A stretch of 32,000 bases of DNA from Dubosiella newyorkensis (GCF_001945605.1 NZ_MPKA01000058.1:39945-71944), one strand, 5' to 3'; shown: positions 1 to 8,876, counted from the first letter of the stretch. Numbers and translations: made by a program. The notes: a model not told the origin generated them from the letters alone.

Positions 1-879
1 GATATTATCAATATGCGAAAGGTTTTCGCTAGAGGCTATGGATTGTCGGACATCGATGCCATCACGCATGGAATGGGTCCTCGTGAAGGTTTTATCAAGG
101 AGGGGGCGCAACGTGCTTTTCTTGAGCCGACAACGATTTATACAGGAAAGTCTGTCGAACGTCGAATTGATGGGATTCCGTTCAAATTGATCCGGATGCC
201 GGGGGAAACAAAAGATTCGATTTCGATTTTGCTGCCTGAATCAAACATCATGATGGTGGGGGATAATTATTATGGTGTTTTTCCAAATATGTATAGTGTT
301 CGTGGATCCTCGTATCGAGATGTAGCGAATTGGATCGACGTGATCGATTCGATCTTAGCGCTAGATCCAGAAGTCGTGCTTCCAGGACATACGAATCCGC
401 TCATTGGAAAAGCGGAAGTGCAAAAGAATTTGAAGAACTTCCGAGACGCACTGGAATATGTTTTGATGAAGACATTGGAATGCATGAACAATGGTTTATC
501 GATGAATGAATGCGCCGAAGCGGTAAAGCTGCCAGATCATTTGCAAACTCCTTTTTTAGGAGAATACTTCTCATTGGTCGAATGGGCTGTCAAAGCGATC
601 TATACTGGATATCTAGGGTGGTTTGATGGAACTGTCAGCAAATTGATGCCAACAAGCGATGAAGAGTATCGAGAAACGATGCTTTCTTTGATTGGCGAGG
701 ATCTGCTTCGCGCAAAGATCAAGGAATGTATCTTTTTAGAAAACTATCAGATGGCATTGCAGCTGAACTGGTTTTTACAGGATGATCAATTGGAAAAGAT
801 CGCGCTGAAAGGAAGAGCGACTCAAGTAGCGAACGCGAACGCCAGGCATTATTTTCTAGCACGTGCGAATGAACTATAA
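1..879 (+). CDS. MBL-fold alkyl/aryl-sulfatase family protein, C-terminal portion (5' end lies left of the window)
   Basis: Frame 1 is open from nt 1 (DIINMRK...), so the listed Met at 13 is probably internal. The translation matches SdsA1/BDS1-type sulfatases as I remember them: PGETKD, DNYYxxFPNxYxxRGxxYRD, LPGHTxP, and the dimerisation-domain signature EWAVKAIYTGYLGWFDG. It ends without an SCP2-like C-terminal domain. Confidence 0.75.
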   Translation, partial: DIINMRKVFARGYGLSDIDAITHGMGPREGFIKEGAQRAFLEPTTIYTGKSVERRIDGIPFKLIRMPGETKDSISILLPESNIMMVGDNYYGVFPNMYSVRGSSYRDVANWIDVIDSILALDPEVVLPGHTNPLIGKAEVQKNLKNFRDALEYVLMKTLECMNNGLSMNECAEAVKLPDHLQTPFLGEYFSLVEWAVKAIYTGYLGWFDGTVSKLMPTSDEEYRETMLSLIGEDLLRAKIKECIFLENYQMALQLNWFLQDDQLEKIALKGRATQVANANARHYFLARANEL

Positions 880-880
880 A

Positions 881-900
881 CGGCAAACTTGCCGTTTTTC
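881..900 (+). terminator. Putative rho-independent terminator of the sulfatase-like gene
   Basis: CGGCAA-ac-TTGCCG hairpin (effective 5-bp stem) directly after the stop codon, followed by TTTTTCTTTT. Confidence 0.55.
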
Positions 901-990
901 TTTTGGTCAACTACTTCGCATAATGTATATTATGTAGTAAATAATATTTATTATTTACACAGAATAAAGGTTATACGCAGTTTCAATTTC

Positions 991-1024
991 CAAATAAAAA
1001 AGAAGATCTCTCCAGATCTTCTTA
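991..1024 (-). terminator. Rho-independent terminator of the lipoprotein gene
   Basis: Perfect 10-bp stem (1000-1009 with 1014-1023, loop CTCC) containing the stop codon. On the minus strand it is followed by UUUUAUUU. Confidence 0.7.
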
Positions 1025-1945
1025 GTATTTCACATTGATTTCTTGCGAATAACCTAATGGTGCCGAATTCAAATCGATCGTGATCGCTTTCGGATTATAG
1101 CTTGCGAAATTTGGGATCGCATGTTCGAATGTAAAATTGATCGTACATGTCAGTTCTTGGTTTTCCGTCAAATAAAAACATTCATATCCAGTGACCGCGC
1201 CATTGATCGTTTCGATCTTAGGCTGCATATCGTTCGTCTTAAAATCAATACCCTTGATTTGTTCAAGATCCATCTCCGCAAAATTTCCTCGATCTTTGTA
1301 TTGATTCAAATCGATACCTTTTAGTGTCGCGACTGGCGAAATATAAGGCACGACAAGTGGTTTATTGGTCTTATTGATATATGTGATCTTTAAACCGCGG
1401 ACCACAGAATTTCCATTTTCAAAGGAATACTTCATTTTCGAGGAATCTACATCAAATTCAAAAGTCTTGTCTTCGTATAACGTAAATTGATCACTCGTTG
1501 AATAGTTAACGTTTTTATCACTGATATTCCTTAAATCAATGGATTTGAACGATAAAAATTGCTTATTCTTTGGAAAATAGATCCCCATGTCCTTTTGGTT
1601 GTTGTTCGGATAACCTACATACCCATAGACAAATGTAGAACGATCGGGGGCAAGACTTTGCGTGATCGTAGTTTGTTGACGATCGATCGCATGAACATCA
1701 TGATTCTCGCCATCCGTTACATTATACGATAATTCGGAAATGCTATAATTCGACTTCGAATTATTTGTCAAACTCGCTAAAAAATAATAATACACTGTAT
1801 TCGTTGAATCGTTAGTTACACGCACAGCATCCAACAATTCAAAATCCACACCATCTTTGACTTCGACCTTTCCTTCCCCTTTTGAACAGGCTGAAAGAGA
1901 AAGCATAAGCACGAAAGCCAAAAGAAGCTTCCAAAATTTCTTCAT
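1022..1945 (-). CDS. Hypothetical lipoprotein (no recognised family)
   Basis: The ORF runs 1022-1957. I prefer the ATG at 1945 (MKKFWKLLLAFVLMLSLSAC...) because GGGTGA lies 7 nt upstream. It has a basic n-region, a hydrophobic core and the lipobox LSAC. The mature part is N/S/T/Y-rich and shows no motif I recognise. Confidence 0.7.
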   Translation of the reverse strand: MKKFWKLLLAFVLMLSLSACSKGEGKVEVKDGVDFELLDAVRVTNDSTNTVYYYFLASLTNNSKSNYSISELSYNVTDGENHDVHAIDRQQTTITQSLAPDRSTFVYGYVGYPNNNQKDMGIYFPKNKQFLSFKSIDLRNISDKNVNYSTSDQFTLYEDKTFEFDVDSSKMKYSFENGNSVVRGLKITYINKTNKPLVVPYISPVATLKGIDLNQYKDRGNFAEMDLEQIKGIDFKTNDMQPKIETINGAVTGYECFYLTENQELTCTINFTFEHAIPNFASYNPKAITIDLNSAPLGYSQEINVKY

Positions 1946-1996
1946 ATTTACTATCACCCACTCAATAGTAACAGAAAAAACTTAGGAAGCCAATAC

Positions 1997-2845
1997 TTAC
2001 AAAGAATCGATCTGGATCGCTTGAATACTGACGCATCCAGGACCGCCTTGCGCGATAAAAACAGGTGTCAATTCCACGATTTCAATACGCGCGTTCTCAA
2101 AAGCGTTCTCTAGCAGCGCTTTCGCTTTCTGCGCATCGTCAAAATTATCGGCATGACCAATATAAAACCGATAGTCCACGCTAACTCCTTGCTCTTTCAT
2201 CGAAGCGATGATTTTAGAGACAGATTTTTTGAATGTACGATCGATGCTGAAAATTTCTAGCGCTTGTCCATCCGCTGTTTTTTTCATTACCGGAATGAGC
2301 TTTAAAAAGCTGCCCACTTTCGCTTCTAGATTTTTGATCCGTCCTCCCCTTTTCAAATAATCAAAATCTCTAGGAATCAAAAATGATCGATCCGTTTGCG
2401 ATGCCTGATCCAATACCGATACGATCTCTTCGATCGTTTTTCCTTTTTTTGCTTGATCAAACGCAAGATCAACAAGGGCGCGTTGAGGTCCACATAAAGT
2501 CATCGAATTGTATACAGTAACAGGATATACAGTATCGATCTGCTCATTAGCCATCAAAGCAGAATCATACGTTCCCGACAAGCCTTGCGCCATTGTGATG
2601 TCTAAAACGGCACCCAGTTTGGATAATTGCTCATAGAGGTCGATCTTTTCTCCAATCGAGGGTTGTGAAGAAGAAGGAACTGCTCCGTTTTTGATTTCCT
2701 CCAGCAGTCCGTTTCCATCGATTTCCACAAGATCTCGTTTTGAGATTCCATTATAAAGCACATGAAGCGGAACTACGTGGAAGCCTAATTCCTTAGCTTG
2801 TTCGGGTGTATATAAAGAAGAAGTATCCGTAATAATTGATAGCAT
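1997..2845 (-). CDS. DegV family fatty-acid-binding protein (FakB-like)
   Basis: 282 aa with a typical DegV layout (IITDTSSLY N-terminus, SSQPS motif, C-terminal GGPG). It is paralogous to the protein at 3538-4401. Confidence 0.9.
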   Translation of the reverse strand: MLSIITDTSSLYTPEQAKELGFHVVPLHVLYNGISKRDLVEIDGNGLLEEIKNGAVPSSSQPSIGEKIDLYEQLSKLGAVLDITMAQGLSGTYDSALMANEQIDTVYPVTVYNSMTLCGPQRALVDLAFDQAKKGKTIEEIVSVLDQASQTDRSFLIPRDFDYLKRGGRIKNLEAKVGSFLKLIPVMKKTADGQALEIFSIDRTFKKSVSKIIASMKEQGVSVDYRFYIGHADNFDDAQKAKALLENAFENARIEIVELTPVFIAQGGPGCVSIQAIQIDSL

Positions 2846-2866
2846 AAATGCCCCTTTCTATGCATC

Positions 2867-2894
2867 ATTATAGATTCATAGTTTTAAATGTCAA
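2867..2894 (-). promoter_or_regulatory. Sigma-A-type promoter of degV (1997-2845)
   Basis: Minus strand reads TTGACA (2894-2889), 16 nt, TATAAT (2872-2867), then an AAAGGGG Shine-Dalgarno sequence and the ATG at 2845. Confidence 0.6.
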
Positions 2895-2899
2895 TATAC

Positions 2900-2938
2900 C
2901 TAGTTTTAGAAACTAGATTGTTGCATTCTAGAAACTAT
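2900..2938. promoter_or_regulatory. Candidate operator: inverted repeat CTAGTTT-tag-AAACTAG plus a direct copy of TAGAAACTA 22 nt downstream
   Basis: 7-bp inverted repeat at 2900-2916. TAGAAACTA occurs at 2907-2915 and again at 2929-2937. The second copy lies inside the spacer of the putative DUF1836 promoter (TTGTTG 2918-2923, 17 nt, TACTAT 2941-2946). Confidence 0.4.
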
Positions 2939-2952
2939 GTTACTATGAGACT

Positions 2953-3465
2953 ATGCAAGAAATATATCAAAAAATCCAAAAAATAAAACTTCCGCTATGG
3001 GAAGATTTTCCCAATATGGATCTCTATGTCGACCAAGTCGTATCGTATATCAATCAAACGTTATCGTTTCTAGATTTGGAGGGCAAAGAGATGGTCATTA
3101 CCAAAAGTATGGTCAACAACTATGTAAAGCATTCTATGGTTCCTCAGCCAATCAAAAAATATTATAAACCTTATCACGTCGGATATTTGATCGTCGTCTG
3201 TATATTAAAGTGCTGCTTTTCGTTAAAAGATATTTCTAAAATGATCAACATTTATCGAAATATGAAAGACGATCATATTGAGCTCCACTATAATCGTTTC
3301 ATTTCGATCTTCGAAAAAAATTTGAAAGAAATATTTTTGAGCAATACGCTTCCAAACCTGACGTACGAATCGCCCTCTCCTGAACAGCAGCTCATGGAAT
3401 CTGCGATCCGTACGGTCGTCTATAAAATTTATAGTCAATCATTGCTTCACTCCATGAGCGAGTGA
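2953..3465 (+). CDS. DUF1836 domain protein (possible MerR-like DNA-binding fold)
   Basis: 170 aa. The motif LPLWEDFPNMDLYVDQVVSYINQ...ITKSMVNNYVKHSMVPQPIKKYYKPYHVGYLIVVCILK is the DUF1836 pattern usually found next to degV in Bacillota. There is no Shine-Dalgarno sequence, and a -10-like TACTAT ends 6 nt before the ATG. Confidence 0.8.
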   Translation: MQEIYQKIQKIKLPLWEDFPNMDLYVDQVVSYINQTLSFLDLEGKEMVITKSMVNNYVKHSMVPQPIKKYYKPYHVGYLIVVCILKCCFSLKDISKMINIYRNMKDDHIELHYNRFISIFEKNLKEIFLSNTLPNLTYESPSPEQQLMESAIRTVVYKIYSQSLLHSMSE

Positions 3466-3475
3466 ATTTATTTTA

Positions 3476-3513
3476 AAAGTAAAACGATTTAGTTATTCGT
3501 TTTACTTTTTTTT
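3476..3513 (+). terminator. Rho-independent terminator between convergent DUF1836 and degV genes
   Basis: 12-bp stem AAAGTAAAACGA / TCGTTTTACTTT (3476-3487 with 3497-3508), 9-nt loop, and a T-run through 3513. Only 4 A residues precede it, so minus-strand function is weaker. Confidence 0.7.
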
Positions 3514-3537
3514 ACAAAAAAATAGATGATCTCTCAC

Positions 3538-4401
3538 CTATTCTTGAACGATTTTAATTGCCTGTACCGCTAAACACTTTGGCCCTCCTTGCGTAATAAA
3601 AGCCGGTGAAAGGGGCATGACAACGATCTTAGATTGCGGAAATTGCTGTTTAAAATACGATTCCGCTTTCAAAGCATCGTCAATATTATTCGCATGCGAA
3701 ATAAAAATATAGTATCCTTCTCCAACACCTTTTTCCTTCATATATTCCGCCATCTTGGTATAGGCTTTCTTCATCGTCCTAGCTAAAGTAAAGTTTTCCA
3801 AATGCGATTCATCGCTGTCTTTCTTCTTTCTTCGGATCATGACAGGAAGTAGTTTCAGTATACCGCCCAAAACAGCTTCAAAGGAAGAAACACGACCACC
3901 GCGCTTTAAAAACGAAAAATCTTGCGGAATCAAAAAAGAAACTTCGGTTTGGATCGAGCTCGAAAGCATCGCTAAGATCGAGTCTACACTTTTTCCTTCC
4001 TTCGCCATCGTATACGCTTGATCGACCATCGCGCGCATCGGACCAGCTAACGTTTGTGAATTGACCACATACACCATTTCCGGATGCTCGCATTCTTCTT
4101 TTGCCAAAACAGCCGATTGATAAGCTCCCGAAAGTCCGCTCGCGATCGTGATATCGATCACCGTATCCCCTTGGTTGGTCAACGAATTATACAGATCGAT
4201 CCTCTCTCCGACACTTGGAAGAGAAGTGGAAGGAACTTTTTTTTCATCGATCATTTTAAGCAGCTCTGTGCTCGAGATCGTATCGTAATCTCGATAACTT
4301 TTATGGTCAACAATAATATTTAATGGAATAACATACAAGCCTTTATTCTTTGCGTCAATTTGAGAATATAAAGTGCCAGAATCCGAAATGATTTGAATCA
4401 T
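3538..4401 (-). CDS. DegV family fatty-acid-binding protein (FakB-like), second paralog
   Basis: The ORF runs 3538-4488. The start is placed at the ATG at 4401 (MIQIISDSGTLY, the usual DegV N-terminus) with AGAGG about 8 nt upstream. The 29-aa upstream extension has no DegV counterpart. Confidence 0.9.
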   Translation of the reverse strand: MIQIISDSGTLYSQIDAKNKGLYVIPLNIIVDHKSYRDYDTISSTELLKMIDEKKVPSTSLPSVGERIDLYNSLTNQGDTVIDITIASGLSGAYQSAVLAKEECEHPEMVYVVNSQTLAGPMRAMVDQAYTMAKEGKSVDSILAMLSSSIQTEVSFLIPQDFSFLKRGGRVSSFEAVLGGILKLLPVMIRRKKKDSDESHLENFTLARTMKKAYTKMAEYMKEKGVGEGYYIFISHANNIDDALKAESYFKQQFPQSKIVVMPLSPAFITQGGPKCLAVQAIKIVQE

Positions 4402-4465
4402 ACGCACAACCTCTTTTCTTTCTTTAAGTATAACGTACTCGATAGCGATATCGCTCTCAAATGCT

Positions 4466-4498
4466 AATAAAAAGAAGAGATCGTACAAGACCTCTTCT
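4466..4498 (-). terminator. Putative terminator after gatD
   Basis: 7-bp stem AGAAGAG / CTCTTCT (4473-4479 with 4492-4498), 12-nt loop. The stop codon lies in the stem. The minus strand continues UUUUAUUA. Confidence 0.5.
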
Positions 4499-5246
4499 AT
4501 TCTTGAATTTCTAGCTTTTTAAATATAGCTTCTCGAGCTAAATTTTCCCAATGATCACTCAAAGGCGCAAGATCCTCAAACCGAAAATCCGGATCTCTTT
4601 TTTTCAACGCTTTATAAATGACAAAATCAGCGACTTCCGGATTTTTAGGAAGCAAAGGACCGTGTAAATACGTCCCTAAGATCTTTCCATCATAAAAACC
4701 TTCTTGCCCCGCATCAAAGCTATTGCCATATCCTTTGATCACTGCGCCAAGCGGATGTTCTACCCCTAAAGTTTGGCCGCCGTGATTTTCAAAGCCTACG
4801 ATTTTTGTCTTTCTGCCATCCAGAACGGCTTCGATCACGACATTCCCGATACAGCGAGATCCTTCCTTCCCCGTATCGGTATAATAAGAATAGAAACCAA
4901 GTCCAGGGATCTTAGAATGATCTGCGGCCTCATAATATTTTCCAAACAATTGATATCCGCCACAGATCAATAAAACAAAAGTGTTCTCATCCATCGCTTT
5001 TTGAATATTCTCTTTTCGGCTTAGAAGGTCAGGAATCAGCGACATTTGCTCCTTATCTGCGCCTCCTCCTAAAAAGATCAAATCATAATCGCTTAGATCC
5101 GCTTCTTGACCGATCCCGATCGTATGCAATATAAAATCGATCCCTCGATCTTCGCAGCGTTTCTTCAACACCATCATGTTTCCTTTATCGCCATATAGAT
5201 CCATGATATCATGATACATCCATGCGACTTTCATTACTCGATTCAT
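4497..5246 (-). CDS. gatD: Lipid II isoglutaminyl synthase, glutaminase subunit GatD (CobB/CobQ-like amidotransferase)
   Basis: 249 aa with the CGGYQ nucleophile motif and YLHGPLLPKNP. AAGGAG lies 8 nt upstream. The ATGA overlaps the stop of the upstream Mur-ligase gene, which is the canonical murT-gatD pair. Confidence 0.9.
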   Translation of the reverse strand: MNRVMKVAWMYHDIMDLYGDKGNMMVLKKRCEDRGIDFILHTIGIGQEADLSDYDLIFLGGGADKEQMSLIPDLLSRKENIQKAMDENTFVLLICGGYQLFGKYYEAADHSKIPGLGFYSYYTDTGKEGSRCIGNVVIEAVLDGRKTKIVGFENHGGQTLGVEHPLGAVIKGYGNSFDAGQEGFYDGKILGTYLHGPLLPKNPEVADFVIYKALKKRDPDFRFEDLAPLSDHWENLAREAIFKKLEIQE

Positions 5247-6559
5247 AACCCCAGCTCCTTTTTGATCGCGGTGCGACTTGGAAGAAGCGCTGTATAGGTC
5301 GCGATCACGTAGAGTTTATCGTGATCATTTCCAATTTCTTGGAGCGCTTCTTCGATGGTTTCTTTCGTTTCGAGCACACCTTGATACCCTCCATAATATA
5401 AACGGAGCGCCATATCGGTTCCTCTCGTTCCGGTTGTGACGATCTTTTTTGTATTTTTGCTCATGAGCTTTTCAAAATACGTATCATAGATCCAACTAAT
5501 ATCGATACCATCTTGTTCTTTATCATTGAGCACGATGACGATTAAACGATCCGCAGGATCGTGTTCGATCACCTTCATGACTTCATTGGCTCCTGTAGGA
5601 TTCTTGATCAAGTTTAAAACGACTTCTCGACCATCTTTGATAAATTTCTCGTTTCTTCCTTTTGGCTGCGGAGCGTTAGCGAATACTTGACGCACAACAT
5701 CAAACCCGATACAAAAGACTTCCGCCACCGCAATGATCGCCGCACAATTATACATCGAATACATGCCTTGATAAGGATCCTTGAACTTTTCTTGATGAAA
5801 GTAAAAAGTGTGATCTTCTAGATCGATATCATGAAGTTCTACATTCAAGATCGGTGTTCTAAAATGACATTTCGCACAATGGAACGATCCAATATGCGAA
5901 TATTGATAATAAGAATATTCAAGACGATTCCCACAAACAGGACAAAATTTACCTTCGCTTGCTTCATTGGTCGTCTCTTGCGAATATTTGTTTCGGCCTA
6001 AACCAAAATAGACGACATTGGCTTTTGGAGCTTTGAGCGCTAAACGCACGACGTTTGGATCATTCCCGTTCAAGATGAGCGTTTGGTCATAATTCGGAAG
6101 CACCTTTTCTATGCTTTCGATCAATTGCTCCATTTCTCGCGCACGGTCGAGCTGGTCGCGAAAGAAATTATTGACGACAAAAGCACTCACAGGAAGATTA
6201 GGCAAAATATATTTCACATTCAGCTCATCAACTTCAAGAACGACAACATCTGCCTGGACAACCCCCTGCAAGTTGGCGTTCGCTAATAATGTGGTCGCGA
6301 TCCCTTCTCGTAAATTATCTCCTCTTCGATTGGATACGACCTTCTTTCCAGCGCGTTCAAAAAGATCCGCGATCATATTGGCAGTGCTCGTTTTTCCATT
6401 CGTCCCTGTCACAACGATGACAGGCCCTTTAAAAGTTAGTTTTTTGAATATATCTGGATCGAACTTCAAGCCAAGCTGACCAGGAAGAGAGCCACCTCGA
6501 CCGATCTTTTGCAAAAGATAGGCGCTTGACTTCGTTGTTAAAATCGATAAAAATCGCAT
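5243..6559 (-). CDS. murT: Lipid II isoglutaminyl synthase, ligase subunit MurT
   Basis: 438 aa with the Mur-ligase P-loop VTGTNGKTST, the MurT-specific Cys4 ribbon CPVCGN...CAKCHF, and a DUF1727-like C-terminus. AAGGAG lies 6 nt upstream of the ATG. Confidence 0.9.
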   Translation of the reverse strand: MRFLSILTTKSSAYLLQKIGRGGSLPGQLGLKFDPDIFKKLTFKGPVIVVTGTNGKTSTANMIADLFERAGKKVVSNRRGDNLREGIATTLLANANLQGVVQADVVVLEVDELNVKYILPNLPVSAFVVNNFFRDQLDRAREMEQLIESIEKVLPNYDQTLILNGNDPNVVRLALKAPKANVVYFGLGRNKYSQETTNEASEGKFCPVCGNRLEYSYYQYSHIGSFHCAKCHFRTPILNVELHDIDLEDHTFYFHQEKFKDPYQGMYSMYNCAAIIAVAEVFCIGFDVVRQVFANAPQPKGRNEKFIKDGREVVLNLIKNPTGANEVMKVIEHDPADRLIVIVLNDKEQDGIDISWIYDTYFEKLMSKNTKKIVTTGTRGTDMALRLYYGGYQGVLETKETIEEALQEIGNDHDKLYVIATYTALLPSRTAIKKELGL

Positions 6560-6582
6560 ATCGAACTCCTTTCATCTGAAAA

Positions 6583-6591
6583 ATTATACCA
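6583..6591 (-). promoter_or_regulatory. Extended -10 element for murT-gatD
   Basis: The minus strand reads TGGTATAAT (a TGn-TATAAT element). No good -35 is present. Confidence 0.4.
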
Positions 6592-6615
6592 CAAACTGCT
6601 TCTTCAAAAGACAAA

Positions 6616-6645
6616 TTGCGTTTTTTACAACAATTCGGGTATAAT
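6616..6645 (+). promoter_or_regulatory. Putative purC promoter
   Basis: TTGCGT (6616-6621), 18 nt, TATAAT (6640-6645). A leader of only about 25 nt runs to GGAGG and the ATG at 6674. Confidence 0.5.
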
Positions 6646-6673
6646 GTCAAAGAAAGAAAATGGAGGAAAATCA

Positions 6674-7387
6674 ATGGAACAACTGGATATGATCTATGAA
6701 GGAAAAGCGAAAAAAGTCTACGCGACAGACGATGCGAATGTCGTGATCGTAGACTATAAAGACGATGCGACAGCCTTCAATGGTCTAAAAAAAGGAACGA
6801 TCGTCGGTAAAGGAGCTATCAACAACCGCATGAGCAATTTCTTGATGAAAAAGCTCGAAGAAGCGGGCATTCCAACGCATTTAATCTCAGAAATCGATAC
6901 GAATAAAACGTATGTGAAAAAAGTAGATATCATCCCTCTTGAAGTGATCATCCGCAACAAAGCGGCTGGATCATTCTCGAAACGCCTTGGGATCCAAGAA
7001 GGAACCCCACTCAAGTGCTCGACGCTCGAATTCTCTTATAAAGATGATGAACTTGGTGATCCTCTCATCAATGATTATATGGCGATCGCGATCGGCGCGG
7101 CAACAAAAGAGGAGATCGACACGATCTCAAAATACGCGTTTCAGATCAACGATTATCTCAAAGCGTTCTTTAAAGAAATCGGCATCGAGCTGATCGACTT
7201 TAAATTGGAGTTTGGAAAAACAAGCGATGGAACAATCGTGCTTGCCGACGAGATCTCGCCAGACACTTGCCGCTATTGGGATATCGAAACAGGAGAACAT
7301 CTCGATAAAGACCGTTTCCGCAGAGATCTAGGCGATCCTGAAGGCGCTTATAAAGAAGTATTCAAAAGACTAGGATTTGGAGAATAA
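6674..7387 (+). CDS. purC: Phosphoribosylaminoimidazole-succinocarboxamide (SAICAR) synthase
   Basis: The ORF runs 6644-7387. The start is placed at the ATG at 6674 (GGAGG 7 nt upstream). YEGKAKKVY, LEVIIRN and DEISPDTCRYWD are PurC signatures. Confidence 0.95.
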   Translation: MEQLDMIYEGKAKKVYATDDANVVIVDYKDDATAFNGLKKGTIVGKGAINNRMSNFLMKKLEEAGIPTHLISEIDTNKTYVKKVDIIPLEVIIRNKAAGSFSKRLGIQEGTPLKCSTLEFSYKDDELGDPLINDYMAIAIGAATKEEIDTISKYAFQINDYLKAFFKEIGIELIDFKLEFGKTSDGTIVLADEISPDTCRYWDIETGEHLDKDRFRRDLGDPEGAYKEVFKRLGFGE

Positions 7388-7388
7388 C

Positions 7389-8825
7389 ATGAGCGATACA
7401 TCCATTTATATTTCACCTCTTTCCCAACGCTACGCCTCAAAAGAAATGAAAGAGTTGTTTTCCAACGATAAAAAATTCAAAACATGGAGACGGCTTTGGA
7501 TCGCTCTAGCCCAAGCCGAACAAGAACTAGGACTCGATATCAGCGATGAACAGATCCAAGAACTTATCGATCACAAAGACGATATCAACTATGAAGTGGC
7601 TCAAGAAAGAGAAAAGATCGTCCGCCATGACGTGATGTCCCATGTCTATGCCTATGGCGTTCAAGCCCCAAAAGCAAAGGGAATCATCCATTTAGGCGCG
7701 ACAAGCTGCTATGTTGGAGACAATACCGATTTGATCATCATGCATGAAGGTCTAGAGCTGATCAAGAAAAAACTCGTCAATGTCTTGGCGGCCCTTGAAC
7801 ATTTCGCTCTCGAATACAAAGACCTGCCTTGCTTAGCCTTTACCCACTTTCAGCCAGCGCAACCAACAACAGTCGGCAAACGAGCGGCTCTTTGGGCGCA
7901 GGACCTATTGATGGATTATGAAGAAATCGAGTATTTATTGTCCCATAAACGTCTATTAGGACAAAAAGGAACGACTGGGACCCAAGCTAGTTTTATGGAG
8001 CTTTTTGATGGAGACGCATCCAAAGCCAAAGAGATCGATCGCATCATTTGCGATAAGCTCGGATATAAAGACTACTTCCCTGTATCTGGACAAACTTATA
8101 CTCGGAAATACGATACCCGTGTTCTACAAGCGTTAGTGGGAATTGCCCAAAGCGCTCATAAATTCAGCAATGATATTCGTCTTCTCCAGCATATGAAGGA
8201 GATCGAAGAACCTTTCGAAAAAGGACAGATCGGATCTTCGGCCATGGCGTATAAACGCAATCCAATGCGTTCGGAACGAATGGCTGCGTTGGCCAACTAT
8301 GTGATCTGCGACGCGATGAATCCGGCTTTGACCGCTAGCACGCAATGGTTCGAGAGAACGTTGGATGATTCAGCAAACAAGCGGATCAGTATCCCGGAAG
8401 CTTTTTTAGCGATCGATGGAATACTCGACCTTTATTTAAATATTACAGATGGACTTGTCGTCTATCCAAAAGTGATCGAATCCGACCTATTGAAAGAACT
8501 TCCTTTCATGGCAACAGAAAATATCATGATGGACGCCGTCAAGGCAGGAGGCGATCGTCAAGAACTGCATGAAGCGATCCGCGAGCATTCTATGGAAGCC
8601 GCTAAACGGATCAAGCAAGAAGGTAAAGAAAACGACTTGATCGATCGGATCGCGAACGATCCACGTTTCATGATGAGCAAAGAAGAGATCATGAAGATCA
8701 TGGAACCTAAAAACTTCGTTGGAAGAGCGCCGCAACAAACAAAAGAATTCTTTAAAGACTATATCGATCCAGTCCTTGAAGCCAATCGTGACGATCTAGG
8801 CTTGCAGGCAGAAATCAATATTTAA
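7389..8825 (+). CDS. purB: Adenylosuccinate lyase
   Basis: 478 aa from the ATG at 7389, 1 nt after the purC stop, with GGAG upstream. It carries the fumarate-lyase signature GSSAMAYKRNP and the N-terminus SPLSQRYASKEM. Confidence 0.95.
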   Translation: MSDTSIYISPLSQRYASKEMKELFSNDKKFKTWRRLWIALAQAEQELGLDISDEQIQELIDHKDDINYEVAQEREKIVRHDVMSHVYAYGVQAPKAKGIIHLGATSCYVGDNTDLIIMHEGLELIKKKLVNVLAALEHFALEYKDLPCLAFTHFQPAQPTTVGKRAALWAQDLLMDYEEIEYLLSHKRLLGQKGTTGTQASFMELFDGDASKAKEIDRIICDKLGYKDYFPVSGQTYTRKYDTRVLQALVGIAQSAHKFSNDIRLLQHMKEIEEPFEKGQIGSSAMAYKRNPMRSERMAALANYVICDAMNPALTASTQWFERTLDDSANKRISIPEAFLAIDGILDLYLNITDGLVVYPKVIESDLLKELPFMATENIMMDAVKAGGDRQELHEAIREHSMEAAKRIKQEGKENDLIDRIANDPRFMMSKEEIMKIMEPKNFVGRAPQQTKEFFKDYIDPVLEANRDDLGLQAEINI

Positions 8826-8844
8826 TCGTTTTTAAAGAAACAGT

Positions 8845-8873
8845 TTGACAGAATGGAAAAAAGGCCATAAAAT
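8845..8873 (+). promoter_or_regulatory. Near-consensus promoter-like element 20 nt downstream of purB
   Basis: TTGACA (8845-8850), 17 nt, TAAAAT (8868-8873). The predicted TSS near 8880 falls at the start of the inverted repeat below. Confidence 0.45.
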
Positions 8874-8876
8874 TGA

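Noticed and set aside
3538-4488. Longer forms of several ORFs: degV to 4488, recN to 22551, tlyA to 23329, purC from 6644, purB from 7377, xseB to 26170, asp23 to 28261
   Set aside because: The internal ATGs have properly spaced Shine-Dalgarno sequences and give family-typical N-termini. The extensions lack counterparts in the families and overlap upstream genes or promoters.
6560-6673. Purine riboswitch or PurR-box leader upstream of purC-purB
   Set aside because: The predicted leader is only about 25 nt. There is no room for a guanine/adenine aptamer of about 70 nt, and I could not see its conserved junction motifs.
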